Notes: a model not told the origin generated them from the letters alone. A DNA stretch of 64,000 nucleotides from an uncultured delta proteobacterium (GCA_963751515.1 CAVVUR010000013.1:132829-196828); one strand, 5' to 3'; positions 44,713-54,860 are shown, numbered from the stretch's first letter. Numbers and translations are program-made.

Positions 44713-47373
44713 AAACATGGTTCCCATAGTAAAGTGAATCTGGCTGCTGTCCTCATCCTCTTTGGGAGAGAGGTTCAGACCCCACTCCACCCGCAGGGGG
44801 CCGAAGGGAGACTGCCAGCGTATGCCGGCCCCCACGCTCTTCCGCATATCCGAGAAATAGCTTTCGCTCTGCCGGTAAGCGTTCCCGGTATCAAAAAAGA
44901 TGTCCCCCCGGATGCCCGCGCTCTTGACGATGGGAAAGATATATTCAAAGTTGAAAAAGAGCTCCTTTTCTCCTCCCACCACGTCGTAGTCGTTGGGATC
45001 GGTTATGAAACGGTTGTATTCGCTTCGCTTGACCCGGGGGCCGACGGACCTTTCTTCAAAACCGCGCAGGCTGTCCAGCCCGCCCAGAAAGAATTTCTCA
45101 AAAATGGGTATGTCGTCCCCGCCGTATCCGAATATGTAGCCGATGGTCCCCCGGATCATGAAGGCCGTATCCCAGGGGAGGGGAAAAAACCTGCTGCTGC
45201 TGGCCTCGAGGGTGACGAAGCTGCTGTCTCCCCCCGCTCCGGCGAACTTCCCGGTCAGGGAGTTGAGGGTTCCCCTGCGGGGGGTAAAGCGGTTGTCCAG
45301 GGTGTTGCGGATAATCCCCGCGTTGAAGGCGCCGACGGAGGTGCTGCCCTCCTGCTCCAGAATTTCAACGGCAGCTTCATCGTCCACGTTTGATACATCG
45401 ACGGTTTCGTACTCGTAGCCCAGGTTAAACTTGGTGTACTCACCGACGGGATGCCCGATGCGAACGCCCCCGCCCGTGCTCTCACTGTCAAAGTCCTCGT
45501 ACCAGCGCTCCATGTTGTAAAGGTCAAAGCCAGCGCTCCACCGGGTGTCGCGGAACCAAGGCTCGGTGAAGGAGAACATGAACCGGTTGGTGCCACCCAG
45601 CTGGGCTGAGATGTCAAAGCGCTGCCCCTTGCCCCGGAAGTTTTCCTGGGAAAACTGGATCATGCCCACCAGGCTGTCCACGGAGCTGTAGCCCGCGCCG
45701 AAGCTGATGGACCCGGTCGGCTTTTCCTCCACCTCCACATTGAGATTGACCTTGCTGCTGCTGCTTCCCGCGGAAGTGGTGAGATTGGTCTTCTTGAAGT
45801 AGCCCAGATTTTCAAGCTCCTGCTGGCTCCGCTTGATTTTGCTGTTGCTGAACAGATCCCCCTCCGCAACCCTTACCTCGCGCCGGATCACCTTGTCCCG
45901 GGTGCGGTTGTTGCCGGTGATGTTGATTTTTTCGAAATAGACCTTTTCTCCCTGGGCAATGTCATAGGTGATGTCGACGGTTTTCTGCTCGTCATGAATC
46001 GCGGTCAGGGGGGAGATGTCCACGTTGGCGTATCCCTTGTCCGCATAGAGCTCCCGGAGGTTCACCATGTCCTTGTTGAGATAATTGCTGCTGAACACCT
46101 TTCCCTCGATGGCTAAAAGGTCCTTGGCGAGCGATTCGCGCGGGAGGATGAGGTCCCCGGTCAGGTCAACCGTGCCGATGTTGAAGCGGTCGCCTTCCTC
46201 AACGGGTATGGTGATGAAGATATCCTTGCCCTCGTGGGTGACGGTGGGATTGCTCACCGTGGCCTTGATGTAGCCCTGGTAATAATAATAGGCCATGAGC
46301 TTTTCCACGTCCTTTTGCAGCGCCTCCTCCTTGAATATGCCCGCGCTGGTAATGAAGGAGAGGAGGTTTTTCTGGCGGGTTTCCATGATGCCCCTGAGCT
46401 GCTTGCTCTTGATCTGGGTATTGCCCACAAAGGATATTTTCTTAATCTTGGAGATTTCATTTTCCCGGATGTAGTAATCCACCGAGGTTTCACCCTCGCC
46501 GGAGGACGTGAGTTTGTACTCGATCTCGGCGCTCAGGTAGCCCTTGTCCGTGTACAGCTTTCTGATGCCCTCCGCGTCTTTCCGCACCTGGTTCTGATCC
46601 AGCACCCTCCCCAGCTTGACGCCCAGCGTCTTCTGTATGTCCGGCGTCTTGATCTGCTTGTTGCCCTGGATCTTGATCTGGCTTACCACCGGACGCTCCA
46701 CCACCATGAAGGTGACCAGCTTTCCTCCGGGTACATCCTCGCTTTCAATTTGCACGTCGCTGAAATAGCCCATCCCGTACACCTGGCGCAGATCCTCCTG
46801 GAGGGCATCGGGAGCATAGAGGTCGCCTTCCCTGCTCTTGAGCACCAGCATGATGGCGTCCTTTTCTATGTAGCGATTGCCCCGCACGGCAATGCCGGCA
46901 ATGACCTCCTTGTCGAGTATGGTGAGATCCAGCTGCCGCGCGAGCTGGGCGATGCGGGCGGGAAGAACCTCCAGGCTCTCGCACTGCACGTAGACGTGCC
47001 GGTTCTCTTTCTGCCCGGAGGCGTCGATGAGGAGCGCGTCGACGCTGGCGGCGGCGCCGATCTTGGTGAAGCTGCCGGTGATGGCGTACTCCGCCCCCAC
47101 CGCGCGCGAGAGCTCGCGCACCAGGCGCTCGTCCATCGGTCCCCTGTCCGGGGTCAGCGCCGATTTCAGGGTGTGCTTGTCGACAGTCACGATGTCGGCG
47201 CCCTCCTCCATGCGGGTGAGGAGCATGTCGGCTATGCCCTGGCCGAGGTAGTCGAGCTTTTCCCGGCTGTGAATCGCGAAGGGAAACACTGCAACCGTTC
47301 GCGGCGCATTGCCCCAGGCGCTGCCTGACAGCAGGCAGCAGGCCACCACCAGGAGGAGTTTTTTGGTCATCAT
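44710..47373 (-). CDS. bamA: outer membrane protein assembly factor BamA
   Basis: 887 aa. Signal peptide, an extra roughly 170-aa N-terminal region, POTRA repeats, and a C-terminal beta-barrel ending ...IHFTMGTMF. Confidence 0.9.
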   Translation of the reverse strand: MMTKKLLLVVACCLLSGSAWGNAPRTVAVFPFAIHSREKLDYLGQGIADMLLTRMEEGADIVTVDKHTLKSALTPDRGPMDERLVRELSRAVGAEYAITGSFTKIGAAASVDALLIDASGQKENRHVYVQCESLEVLPARIAQLARQLDLTILDKEVIAGIAVRGNRYIEKDAIMLVLKSREGDLYAPDALQEDLRQVYGMGYFSDVQIESEDVPGGKLVTFMVVERPVVSQIKIQGNKQIKTPDIQKTLGVKLGRVLDQNQVRKDAEGIRKLYTDKGYLSAEIEYKLTSSGEGETSVDYYIRENEISKIKKISFVGNTQIKSKQLRGIMETRQKNLLSFITSAGIFKEEALQKDVEKLMAYYYYQGYIKATVSNPTVTHEGKDIFITIPVEEGDRFNIGTVDLTGDLILPRESLAKDLLAIEGKVFSSNYLNKDMVNLRELYADKGYANVDISPLTAIHDEQKTVDITYDIAQGEKVYFEKINITGNNRTRDKVIRREVRVAEGDLFSNSKIKRSQQELENLGYFKKTNLTTSAGSSSSKVNLNVEVEEKPTGSISFGAGYSSVDSLVGMIQFSQENFRGKGQRFDISAQLGGTNRFMFSFTEPWFRDTRWSAGFDLYNMERWYEDFDSESTGGGVRIGHPVGEYTKFNLGYEYETVDVSNVDDEAAVEILEQEGSTSVGAFNAGIIRNTLDNRFTPRRGTLNSLTGKFAGAGGDSSFVTLEASSSRFFPLPWDTAFMIRGTIGYIFGYGGDDIPIFEKFFLGGLDSLRGFEERSVGPRVKRSEYNRFITDPNDYDVVGGEKELFFNFEYIFPIVKSAGIRGDIFFDTGNAYRQSESYFSDMRKSVGAGIRWQSPFGPLRVEWGLNLSPKEDEDSSQIHFTMGTMF

Positions 47374-48122
47374 GGTTTTCGTTCGCTCGCGGACGGTTCC
47401 GGGGTGTTGCTGCTCATCCGGCCGTCGGTGAGGGTGATACGCCGGGGAATTCTTGATGCCATGCCCTCGTTATGGGTTACCAGCACCACGGTGATGCGCA
47501 ATTCGCGGTTCAGCGACACCAGGAGCTCGAAGATCGATTCTCCGGTCCGCGAATCAAGGTTTCCGGTGGGTTCGTCCGCCAGGACGATCCCGGGCTTGAG
47601 CACCAGCGCCCGGGCAACGGCCACCCGCTGCTGCTCCCCGCCGGAGAGCTCCGACTGCCGGTGGGTCAGCCGGTCTTTAAGCCCCACAAAGGTCAGTATC
47701 GATTCCGCCGCCTCAAGCGCCTCGGCCCGCCTGTATCCCCTGATGAGAGCGGGCATCATGGTATTTTCGAGCGCCGTAAATTCGGGCAGCAGGTAGTGAA
47801 ACTGAAAGATAAATCCCACGTTTTTATTCCTGAAATCAGCCAGCTGCACATCGCTTAAGGAAAAGAGGCTGGCCCCCCGGTAGAGGATGTCTCCCTCGGT
47901 GGGGTGGTCCAGCGCGCCCAGCAGATGCAGCAGGGTGCTCTTGCCCGCTCCCGAGGCCCCCACGATGGTCACCAGCTCACCCTCCGCCAGCGAGAAGCTT
48001 ATATCCTTCAGCGCCTCAACGGTTTTGTGATTCATTCCGTAGATTTTGCAGAGGCTCTTCACCTCGATGAGCATTTTCTCTCCCGTTGCCGGCCCGGCCT
48101 GTTTGAGGGGGGGATTATTCAT
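47370..48122 (-). CDS. lolD: lipoprotein-releasing system ATP-binding protein LolD-like
   Basis: 250 aa. GASGAGKST, LSGGEQQRVAVARA, VLADEPTGNLD. ATGA-type overlaps with both neighbours. Confidence 0.8.
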   Translation of the reverse strand: MNNPPLKQAGPATGEKMLIEVKSLCKIYGMNHKTVEALKDISFSLAEGELVTIVGASGAGKSTLLHLLGALDHPTEGDILYRGASLFSLSDVQLADFRNKNVGFIFQFHYLLPEFTALENTMMPALIRGYRRAEALEAAESILTFVGLKDRLTHRQSELSGGEQQRVAVARALVLKPGIVLADEPTGNLDSRTGESIFELLVSLNRELRITVVLVTHNEGMASRIPRRITLTDGRMSSNTPEPSASERKP

Positions 48123-49353
48123 AGCGCAGTGTCTCCGCCGGGTCCAGCTGTGCAGCCTGCCAGGAAGGATAGAGGGTGGCCATGAGGCTAATGCTTATAG
48201 CAGAAACGGTCACCAAAATCAAATCCCTGGGCGTAATTTTTATGATGAGATGAGATATGTAATACACGTCGGGGGGCAGGCCTACGATGTGGTAGGTGTT
48301 CTGCAGCGCGGCGACAACGAAGCTGCCCAGGATGCCCAGCACGGTGCCGGTGAGGCCGATGATCAGCCCTTCCAGAATGAATATTTTCATGATGCTCAGC
48401 GACTGCGCCCCCATGGACTTGAGGATGGCGATGTCCTTGTGCTTGTCCCGCACCACCATGATCAGGGTCCCCACGATGTTGAAGGAGGCCACCAGGATAA
48501 TCAGCACCAGGATGATAAACATGGCCATTTTCTCAAGCTTCAGCGCCGCGTAGAGGTTCTTGTGCATCTCCATCCAGTCCCGCACCTGGTAGCGCGCGCC
48601 CAGGTGCTCCTGGATCTTCAGGGAGAGCTGCTTGACCCGGTATATGTCCTCCACCTTGACCTCTATCTCCGTGGCCACGTCGGGCTGATTGAAAAAGCTC
48701 TGCGCCTGCGCCAGCGAGACGTAGGCCAGCGAGGAGTCGTATTCATACATGCCCGAGTCAAAGATCCCCACCACCTGGAAGCGGGAAGCGCGCGGAACCA
48801 TGCCCGCCGGGGTCATGGTGCCGAAGGGTGATATGATCTTGACTTCATCTCCGGTGACCACCCCGAGAATCATTGCCAGTTCCTTGCCCAGTATGATTCC
48901 CGGAAGGCCCGAGGGCAGCTCTTTGTCAAGGTCCTGCAGAGTTCCCTCCTTGATAATGGATCCGAGGTTGGTCACTGTGGGGGCGCTTGCCGGGTCGATG
49001 CCCTTGATCATCGGCCCGACGGTGTTGGACGGGGAGGAAATCATCACCTGGTTTAAAATGGCGGGGGTGGCGGATACAACCCCGGCGACGGTTTTGACTT
49101 CTTTTATTATCTCGCGGTAGTCGGGCATGCCCGCGCCAAGCTGGTAAATGACCAGGTGGGACTTGGCCCCGAGAATCTTGGTCCGCAGGTCATCGCTGAA
49201 GCCGGTCATGACGCCCAGCACAATGATCAGGGCCATAACCCCGATGGCCACCCCGCCTATGGAAATGAAGCTGATGACCGAGACGAAGGCCTGCTTTCTC
49301 CGCGCCTTGAGGTAGCGCAGGCTGATAAAGAGCTCGTAGGGTATGTTCCGCAT
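48115..49353 (-). CDS. lolC: lipoprotein-releasing system permease LolC/E (FtsX/MacB-type)
   Basis: 412 aa. Four TM helices with a large periplasmic loop, plus a C-terminal FtsX-like domain. Confidence 0.8.
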   Translation of the reverse strand: MRNIPYELFISLRYLKARRKQAFVSVISFISIGGVAIGVMALIIVLGVMTGFSDDLRTKILGAKSHLVIYQLGAGMPDYREIIKEVKTVAGVVSATPAILNQVMISSPSNTVGPMIKGIDPASAPTVTNLGSIIKEGTLQDLDKELPSGLPGIILGKELAMILGVVTGDEVKIISPFGTMTPAGMVPRASRFQVVGIFDSGMYEYDSSLAYVSLAQAQSFFNQPDVATEIEVKVEDIYRVKQLSLKIQEHLGARYQVRDWMEMHKNLYAALKLEKMAMFIILVLIILVASFNIVGTLIMVVRDKHKDIAILKSMGAQSLSIMKIFILEGLIIGLTGTVLGILGSFVVAALQNTYHIVGLPPDVYYISHLIIKITPRDLILVTVSAISISLMATLYPSWQAAQLDPAETLRYE

Positions 49354-49359
49354 CAGGGC

Positions 49360-50838
49360 TTACCTTTCAGGCTTGAGCAGGGGGAAAAGGATCACATCGC
49401 GTATGGAGGAGGCATTGCAGAGCAGCATCACCAGGCGGTCGATGCCGATGCCTTCGCCCGCCGCCGGGGGCATGCCGTATTCCAGCGCCTCGATAAAGTC
49501 CTCGTCCAGCCTTCCTGCTTCTTCGCCGTGTTCCCTGACCGCGGGCTGGTTTTTGAAGCGCCGGTGCTGCTCCAGTGGATCGTTCAGCTCCGAAAAGGCG
49601 TTGGCTATCTCCTGCCCGTTGATGAACAGTTCAAAGCGGTCAACCCGGTCCGGGTTGGCGTCGTTGTTCCGCGCGAGGGGGGAGATGGAGGTGGGGTAGC
49701 TGGTGATGAACGTCGGCCTGATGAGGCGGGGCTGGACGATTTCCTCGAAGAGATCATTGATGCAGTTTCCCGGGTCCCGGGGGTCGGTCGGGGTCAGGCC
49801 GAGGCGGTGGAGCACCTGCAGGGCCCTCCCGCTATCCTTCAGGTCCGCGGGGTCCAAGCGGCCGTAATGGACAATCGCCTCTTCCATGGTAAAGCGCGGC
49901 CAGGGAGGGGTGAAGTCTATTTCTCCCTCAAGATAGGGAACGCGCAGGGCTGAATGCAGGCTGCGCGCGAGGTGGCAGATAAGCTCCTCGGTCAGATTCA
50001 TGCAGTCTTCGTAGGTGGCGTAGGCCTGATAGAATTCGAGCATGGTGAATTCGGGATTGTGCTGGGTGGAAACGCCCTCATTTCTGAAATTGCGGTTGAT
50101 TTCAAAAACTTTTTCCATGCCCCCCACCAGGAGCCGCTTCAGGTACAGCTCCGGGGATATGCGCAGGTAGAGGTTGAGCTTGTAGGTGTTGTGGTAGGTT
50201 TGAAAAGGGCGGGCGGTGGCGCCCCCCGGTATGGCCTGCATCATGGGCGTTTCCACCTCGACGAATCCCCGCTCCTGCAAAAAAGTCCGTATGAGATTGA
50301 TGATCCGGGAGCGGTTGAGGAAGACCGCCTTGACGCCGGGATTCATGAGCAGGTCCAAATAGCGCTGCCGGTAGCGGATTTCAATGTTTGACAGGCCGTG
50401 CCACTTCTCGGGAAGCGGGCGCAGGGATTTGACCAGCAGCTGCAGCCGGTCCCCTTTTATGGTGAGCTCCCCGGTGCGGGTGACAAATGTGGTTCCCTCG
50501 ATGCCGATAAAATCGCCGACATCAAGTTTTTTGATCAGGCTGAAGTCGCCGTCGCTGAGCAGCCCTTTTTGCAGGTAGGCCTGGATCCTGCCGCTGCCGT
50601 CCTGCAGGTGCAGAAAGGCGGCCTTGCCGAAGTTGCGCATGGACATGATGCGTCCGCCCAGGCGGAACTTCTCCTGCACCTGCTCCACAGCTTCGGGCGG
50701 CATCTCCCTGAAACGCCCGGCAATTTCGGCCGCGGTGTGCGAGACCCTGAAATCATTGGGAAAGGGATTGATACCGAGAAGCATGCACTCTTCGAGTTTC
50801 TTCCTGCGCAGCTCCATCAGGGTGCTTATTTCCTCCAT
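49360..50838 (-). CDS. lysS: lysine--tRNA ligase (class II)
   Basis: 492 aa. OB-fold N-terminus, class II motifs (FRNEG, ...GIGIDRLVMLL). Confidence 0.92.
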   Translation of the reverse strand: MEEISTLMELRRKKLEECMLLGINPFPNDFRVSHTAAEIAGRFREMPPEAVEQVQEKFRLGGRIMSMRNFGKAAFLHLQDGSGRIQAYLQKGLLSDGDFSLIKKLDVGDFIGIEGTTFVTRTGELTIKGDRLQLLVKSLRPLPEKWHGLSNIEIRYRQRYLDLLMNPGVKAVFLNRSRIINLIRTFLQERGFVEVETPMMQAIPGGATARPFQTYHNTYKLNLYLRISPELYLKRLLVGGMEKVFEINRNFRNEGVSTQHNPEFTMLEFYQAYATYEDCMNLTEELICHLARSLHSALRVPYLEGEIDFTPPWPRFTMEEAIVHYGRLDPADLKDSGRALQVLHRLGLTPTDPRDPGNCINDLFEEIVQPRLIRPTFITSYPTSISPLARNNDANPDRVDRFELFINGQEIANAFSELNDPLEQHRRFKNQPAVREHGEEAGRLDEDFIEALEYGMPPAAGEGIGIDRLVMLLCNASSIRDVILFPLLKPER

Positions 50839-50867
50839 GCAGTTCCTCCCGGATAAAAAAATGCCTA

Positions 50868-50896
50868 ATGGTATCGTACCCGCACGGCCGAGTCAA
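50868..50896 (-). promoter_or_regulatory. candidate sigma70-type promoter for lysS (TTGACT-17-TACCAT)
   Basis: On the minus strand: TTGACT (50896..50891), 17-nt spacer, TACCAT (50873..50868), 30 nt upstream of the ATG, with GGGAGG in between. Confidence 0.3.
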
Positions 50897-51005
50897 GGCA
50901 AATATCCGGAATATACCGATATTTATTGAGGAAATGCCGGAGGTAGTCCTTGGGTGGGACGCAGAAAGGCTTTGTTCGGCGATGGTGAAAGACCGGCAGC
51001 TTCCG

Positions 51006-52214
51006 TTACTGGATGGCCCCGGCAATCTTGAAGATGGGCATGTACATGGCGAGAAGCATAAACCCTATGGTGCCGCCCAGAAAAACCATCATGAAGGGTT
51101 CGATCAGCGCGGTGAGGGCATCTACCGCAGCGTTCACTTCATCTTCATAGAAATCGGCGATTTTACCCAGCATGGTATCCAGCGCGCCGGTTGATTCGCC
51201 CACCGAGATCATCTGGGTCACCATGGGCGGGAAGATGCCGCTTTTGGAAAGTGGCTCGGCAATGGTTTTACCTTCGCTGATGCTGGTCCTGGTGTCTATG
51301 ATGGCCTTCTCGACAACTTTGTTGCCCGCGGTGGCGGCCACAATGCCCAGGCCTTCCAGGATGGGCACGCCGCTTGAGGTCATGGTCTGCAGGGTTCTGG
51401 TAAAATTGGCAATGGCCGATTTTCTCAATAAACTGCCGAAGATGGGGAGGCCCAGCAGTATTTTATCCACTGTTACCCTTCCCTTTTCGGTAGCCTTAAA
51501 CCGGGTGAAGGCAAAAAACGACAGGCCGAGGGCGGCGATGATATAGATAATGTTGTTCCGCAGAAACGAGCTCAGGTCGACGACGAATTGCGTGATACCG
51601 GGGAGCTCCCCTCCCAGCCCCTCAAACATTTCCTGAAAAACGGGTATGACAAAGATGAGCAAAATGGCGATGACGATGAGGGCGATGGATAAAACGACGC
51701 TGGGGTAGACCATGGCCCCTTTCACTTTTCGCTTCAGCTTTTCGGCCTTTTCGATGTAGGTCGCCAGCCGGTTCAGAATGGTGTCCAGCATGCCCCCCAT
51801 TTCTCCGGCAGAGACAAGGCTGACATAGAGATCGCTGAATATCTTGGGGTGCTTTTTCAGCGCGTTGGAAAGGGTTGAGCCGCTTTCAACATCACCCCTG
51901 ATGGTTCCCACGGCCTTTTTCAGGGTGAGATTCGGCTCCTGCGATCCCAGTATTTCCAGGCCCTGGATAAGCGGCAGTCCGGCATCGATCATGGTGGCAA
52001 ACTGGCGGGTGAAGACGCAGAGGCTTTTACCGCTCACCTTGGATCTGAGGAAGCGCAGGTTTTCCAGGATATCCTTGGGCTTCACTTTGACCTTGGTGAC
52101 CTGGATTTTCTGCCCCCGCAGGGTGGTTCTGACCGCAGCTTCATTGTTTGCAGTCATCTCGCCCTTCTGCAGCATGCCCCGTGCGTTTTTGCCTTCCCAT
52201 ACGTAAGCTTGCAT
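51006..52214 (-). CDS. pilC: type IV pilus assembly / type II secretion platform protein PilC (GspF family)
   Basis: 402 aa. Duplicated GspF domains, three TM segments. Confidence 0.85.
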   Translation of the reverse strand: MQAYVWEGKNARGMLQKGEMTANNEAAVRTTLRGQKIQVTKVKVKPKDILENLRFLRSKVSGKSLCVFTRQFATMIDAGLPLIQGLEILGSQEPNLTLKKAVGTIRGDVESGSTLSNALKKHPKIFSDLYVSLVSAGEMGGMLDTILNRLATYIEKAEKLKRKVKGAMVYPSVVLSIALIVIAILLIFVIPVFQEMFEGLGGELPGITQFVVDLSSFLRNNIIYIIAALGLSFFAFTRFKATEKGRVTVDKILLGLPIFGSLLRKSAIANFTRTLQTMTSSGVPILEGLGIVAATAGNKVVEKAIIDTRTSISEGKTIAEPLSKSGIFPPMVTQMISVGESTGALDTMLGKIADFYEDEVNAAVDALTALIEPFMMVFLGGTIGFMLLAMYMPIFKIAGAIQ

Positions 52215-52323
52215 TATGTCATCCTCTTAATAAAAGTTAAAAGGTATCGTTTGTTTATTTTTTTCAACCGTTCTTATCGGAAAACGGGCAAATAACTTTA
52301 GCAGTTAGTTTCATCGGCTCAAA

Positions 52324-53874
52324 CTATTGGGCATGGGTCGCCCGAAGCACTTCTTCGGGTGTGGTAAGCCCCTGTCGCATTTTCTTGACGGCGCTGTCCC
52401 GCAGGCTTGACATGCCGCTTCTCATCGCTTCTTTCTTAAAATCGGAAAGGGAGGCCCTTTTCAGTATCAGCTCCCTGCCCTGTTCATTTATGAACAGTAC
52501 CTCGTAGATGGCCACGCGGCCTTTAAAGCCGGTGTTGTTGCAGTCCCGGCAGCCGGCACCCCTGTAAAGAGCGGCCGTGCCGGGCTCACCGGAAACAATG
52601 CCCAGGGAGCGGTACGCGGCCCCGGGCGGACTCAGCGGAACCTTGCAGTGCGGACAAACTTTTCTCACCAGCCGCTGGGCTACGACCAGCGTCAGGGCGG
52701 AGGAGATAAGGTAGGGCTCGATGCCCATTTGTATGAGCCGGTTCACGGTGCCAGGGGCATCATTGGTGTGGAGGGTGCTCAGCACCAGGTGGCCGGTAAG
52801 AGCCGCCTTTATGGCTATCTCCGCCGTTTCAGCATCCCGGATTTCTCCCACCAGGATAATGTCGGGGTCCTGCCTCAGAAATGCCCGCAGCACATGGGCA
52901 AAGGTAAGACCGATTTCTTCGTGAATCTGGACCTGGTTGATCCCCGGCAGGTTGTATTCAACCGGGTCTTCGACGGTACAGATGTTCTTTGAGGCATTAT
53001 TTAAAGCGTTGAGGGCGGAGTAAAGGGTAGTGGTCTTGCCGCTTCCGGTGGGGCCGGTGACCAGGACCATCCCGAAGGGATAGTTAATCACCTCTTTGAA
53101 TAAAATCAGGTCATGCTCTTCAAATCCCAGCCGGGTCATGTCCGGCTGCAGGCTTGACTTGTCCAGCAGGCGCAGCACCGCCTTTTCGCCGAACAGGGTG
53201 GGCAGCACGGAAACGCGCACGTCCACCTCCTGTGCCTTTTCGGTCCGTATCTTTATCCGTCCGTCCTGGGGCAGTCTCCGTTCGGCAATATCAAGCCGGG
53301 CGATGATTTTAATGCGGGAGAGGATGGCGTTTTTGAGCTTCAGGGAGGGCTGCATGACATCATAGAGCACGCCGTCGATGCGAAAACGAACCCTGAGCGT
53401 GTGCTCATAGGGCTCTATGTGAATGTCGCTGGCCCCCCTGCTGATGGCGTCGTTGATCATGCCGTTAACCAGCCTGATGACCGGTACCTGCTCGCCCGCG
53501 CTTTTCGGCTCGCTCCGCCCCGCGTCCCCTTCCCGGTCAATCATGTGCACCCCGCTTTCCGCGCCGGCCGGCTCCCCGTCTCTCACGCGCGCCGGCTTTT
53601 CATAGCAGGAGTCAAGCAGATTGCGCAGGGTGTCCTCGGGCGCGGCGCAGGTCTCAATTCTGTATCCGGTAAGAAATTTTATGTCATCGATGGCAAAGAT
53701 GTTTGACGGATCGGCCATGGCCACGACCAGGGTGCTGCCGTTTAAGGCAACGGGGAGAACCCCGTATTTGTAGGCCAGGTCAGCCGGAATGAGTTTCATC
53801 AGCCGGGGGTTTGTCCGGAGCTGCGAAAGGTCCATGGCGGAAGGTTCAATCTGATTGCCGATCAGGGGCTGCAC
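52324..53874 (-). CDS. pilB: type IV pilus assembly ATPase PilB (GspE family)
   Basis: 516 aa. N-terminal GSPII_E_N-like segment, Walker A GPTGSGKTT, Asp/His boxes, tetracysteine CPHC...CRDC. Confidence 0.88.
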   Translation of the reverse strand: MQPLIGNQIEPSAMDLSQLRTNPRLMKLIPADLAYKYGVLPVALNGSTLVVAMADPSNIFAIDDIKFLTGYRIETCAAPEDTLRNLLDSCYEKPARVRDGEPAGAESGVHMIDREGDAGRSEPKSAGEQVPVIRLVNGMINDAISRGASDIHIEPYEHTLRVRFRIDGVLYDVMQPSLKLKNAILSRIKIIARLDIAERRLPQDGRIKIRTEKAQEVDVRVSVLPTLFGEKAVLRLLDKSSLQPDMTRLGFEEHDLILFKEVINYPFGMVLVTGPTGSGKTTTLYSALNALNNASKNICTVEDPVEYNLPGINQVQIHEEIGLTFAHVLRAFLRQDPDIILVGEIRDAETAEIAIKAALTGHLVLSTLHTNDAPGTVNRLIQMGIEPYLISSALTLVVAQRLVRKVCPHCKVPLSPPGAAYRSLGIVSGEPGTAALYRGAGCRDCNNTGFKGRVAIYEVLFINEQGRELILKRASLSDFKKEAMRSGMSSLRDSAVKKMRQGLTTPEEVLRATHAQ

Positions 53875-53947
53875 GGTGTCCTCTTACAAACATCGGTCAT
53901 GACCCTCCCGGGGCGCATGTGTCCCGACAGGGATTGGGCAAGAACTC

Positions 53948-54371
53948 TAGCAGGTTGTTGAAATACACCCATCTGATTTGTGGCTCAAGGGGGAGGGGCT
54001 TTTGACGCCACAACAATGTGTCTTAACGCTTACGGCACGACCCGGTGCCTTCGACGTGAGCCGAAAGCAGGCAGCTTTGCAGAGGCTTCGATCGGCTGGT
54101 GCCGGACGGGTCTGTCTGACAAAGTTAGACAGGCTGTTGAAAAATCCCCAGCTGCTGCGTTACGCTCATCCTTCGTCATTGCAGCGTACCTGAATGTACG
54201 CCTCATTCCTCAGGATTTCGCGTGCCTTGCATCTGGTGGTTTTTGAACAGCCTGAAAACCAGCAAGAAAGTTGCTGCCGTTCTACAGGCTCGGAATAATT
54301 TTGTTGTGGCTAAAAAGCCCCTCCCCCTTGAGCCTTTGACAGCCTGAGAAAAATACTTTTTCAACAACCTG
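53948..54371 (+). mobile_element. family-1 type B element R11, full copy with outer boxes, interrupted by a nested type A element
   Basis: TAGCAGGTTGTTGAAATACACCCATCTGATTTGTGGCTCAAGGGGGAGGGGCTTTTGACGCCACAACAATG - core up to GACAAAGTTAGA | type A | AAAACCAGCAAGAAAGTTGCTGCCGTTCTACAGG - arm - TTTGACAGCCTG-agaaaaatac-TTTTTCAACAACCTG. Confidence 0.85.
54130..54254 (+). mobile_element. family-1 type A element nested inside R11
   Basis: CAGGCTGTTGAAAAATCCCCAGCTGCTGCGTTACGCTCATCCTTCGTCATTGCAGCGTAC-CTGAAT-GTACGCC...CATCTGGTGGTTTTTGAACAGCCTG splits the type B core at a position that is contiguous in the other four copies. Confidence 0.85.
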
Positions 54372-54595
54372 GTAGAAAACAATGCAGGTTTCATACCAGT
54401 TCGTGCCGGCGGCAACATGGAGAAAAGGTGAACACCTTGTAACCGTTTTTTGCACGGGGAAAAAGTGCTGCGTGAGGGCAATGCTGGTCATTACCGGCAG
54501 TGTCAGCTTCAGCCACGAATCTATCACGCTGATATGTGCTTCCATCGGAATTTTAATTATTTTCCATACCGTTCTGTATCCTCCAGCAATAGTGA

Positions 54596-54624
54596 TTGCT
54601 TAAAAAATTGTTTCATGCTATATT
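54596..54624 (+). promoter_or_regulatory. candidate sigma70-type promoter (TTGCTT-17-TATATT) upstream of tRNA-Leu/tig
   Basis: TTGCTT 54596..54601, exactly 17-nt spacer, TATATT 54619..54624, in an AT-rich stretch 150 nt upstream of the tRNA. Confidence 0.4.
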
Positions 54625-54776
54625 TTTTAAGTGAAGCAGGCATTCAGCAGGGTTCCGAATTTCTGAAAACTATCAAGCGGTTGAACCTGCTCACCTATTT
54701 TTTTTGCCGAAAATGCCAGAGCTCACGCATCCAAAAGAGCGCTGGTTTTCAGTCAGGTGCTTCGGGCGTTTTAACT

Positions 54777-54860
54777 GCGAGAGTGGCGGAATCTGGCAGA
54801 CGCACTGGATTTAGGATCCAGCGGGAAACCGTGGGGGTTCAATTCCCCCCTCTCGCACCA
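54777..54860 (+). tRNA. tRNA-Leu (anticodon UAG)
   Basis: GCGAGAG/CTCTCGC acceptor stem. Anticodon stem CTGGA/TCCAG with loop TTTAGGA. Long variable arm CGGGAAACCG. T arm GGGGG-TTCAATT-CCCCC. Encoded CCA end. Confidence 0.93.
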
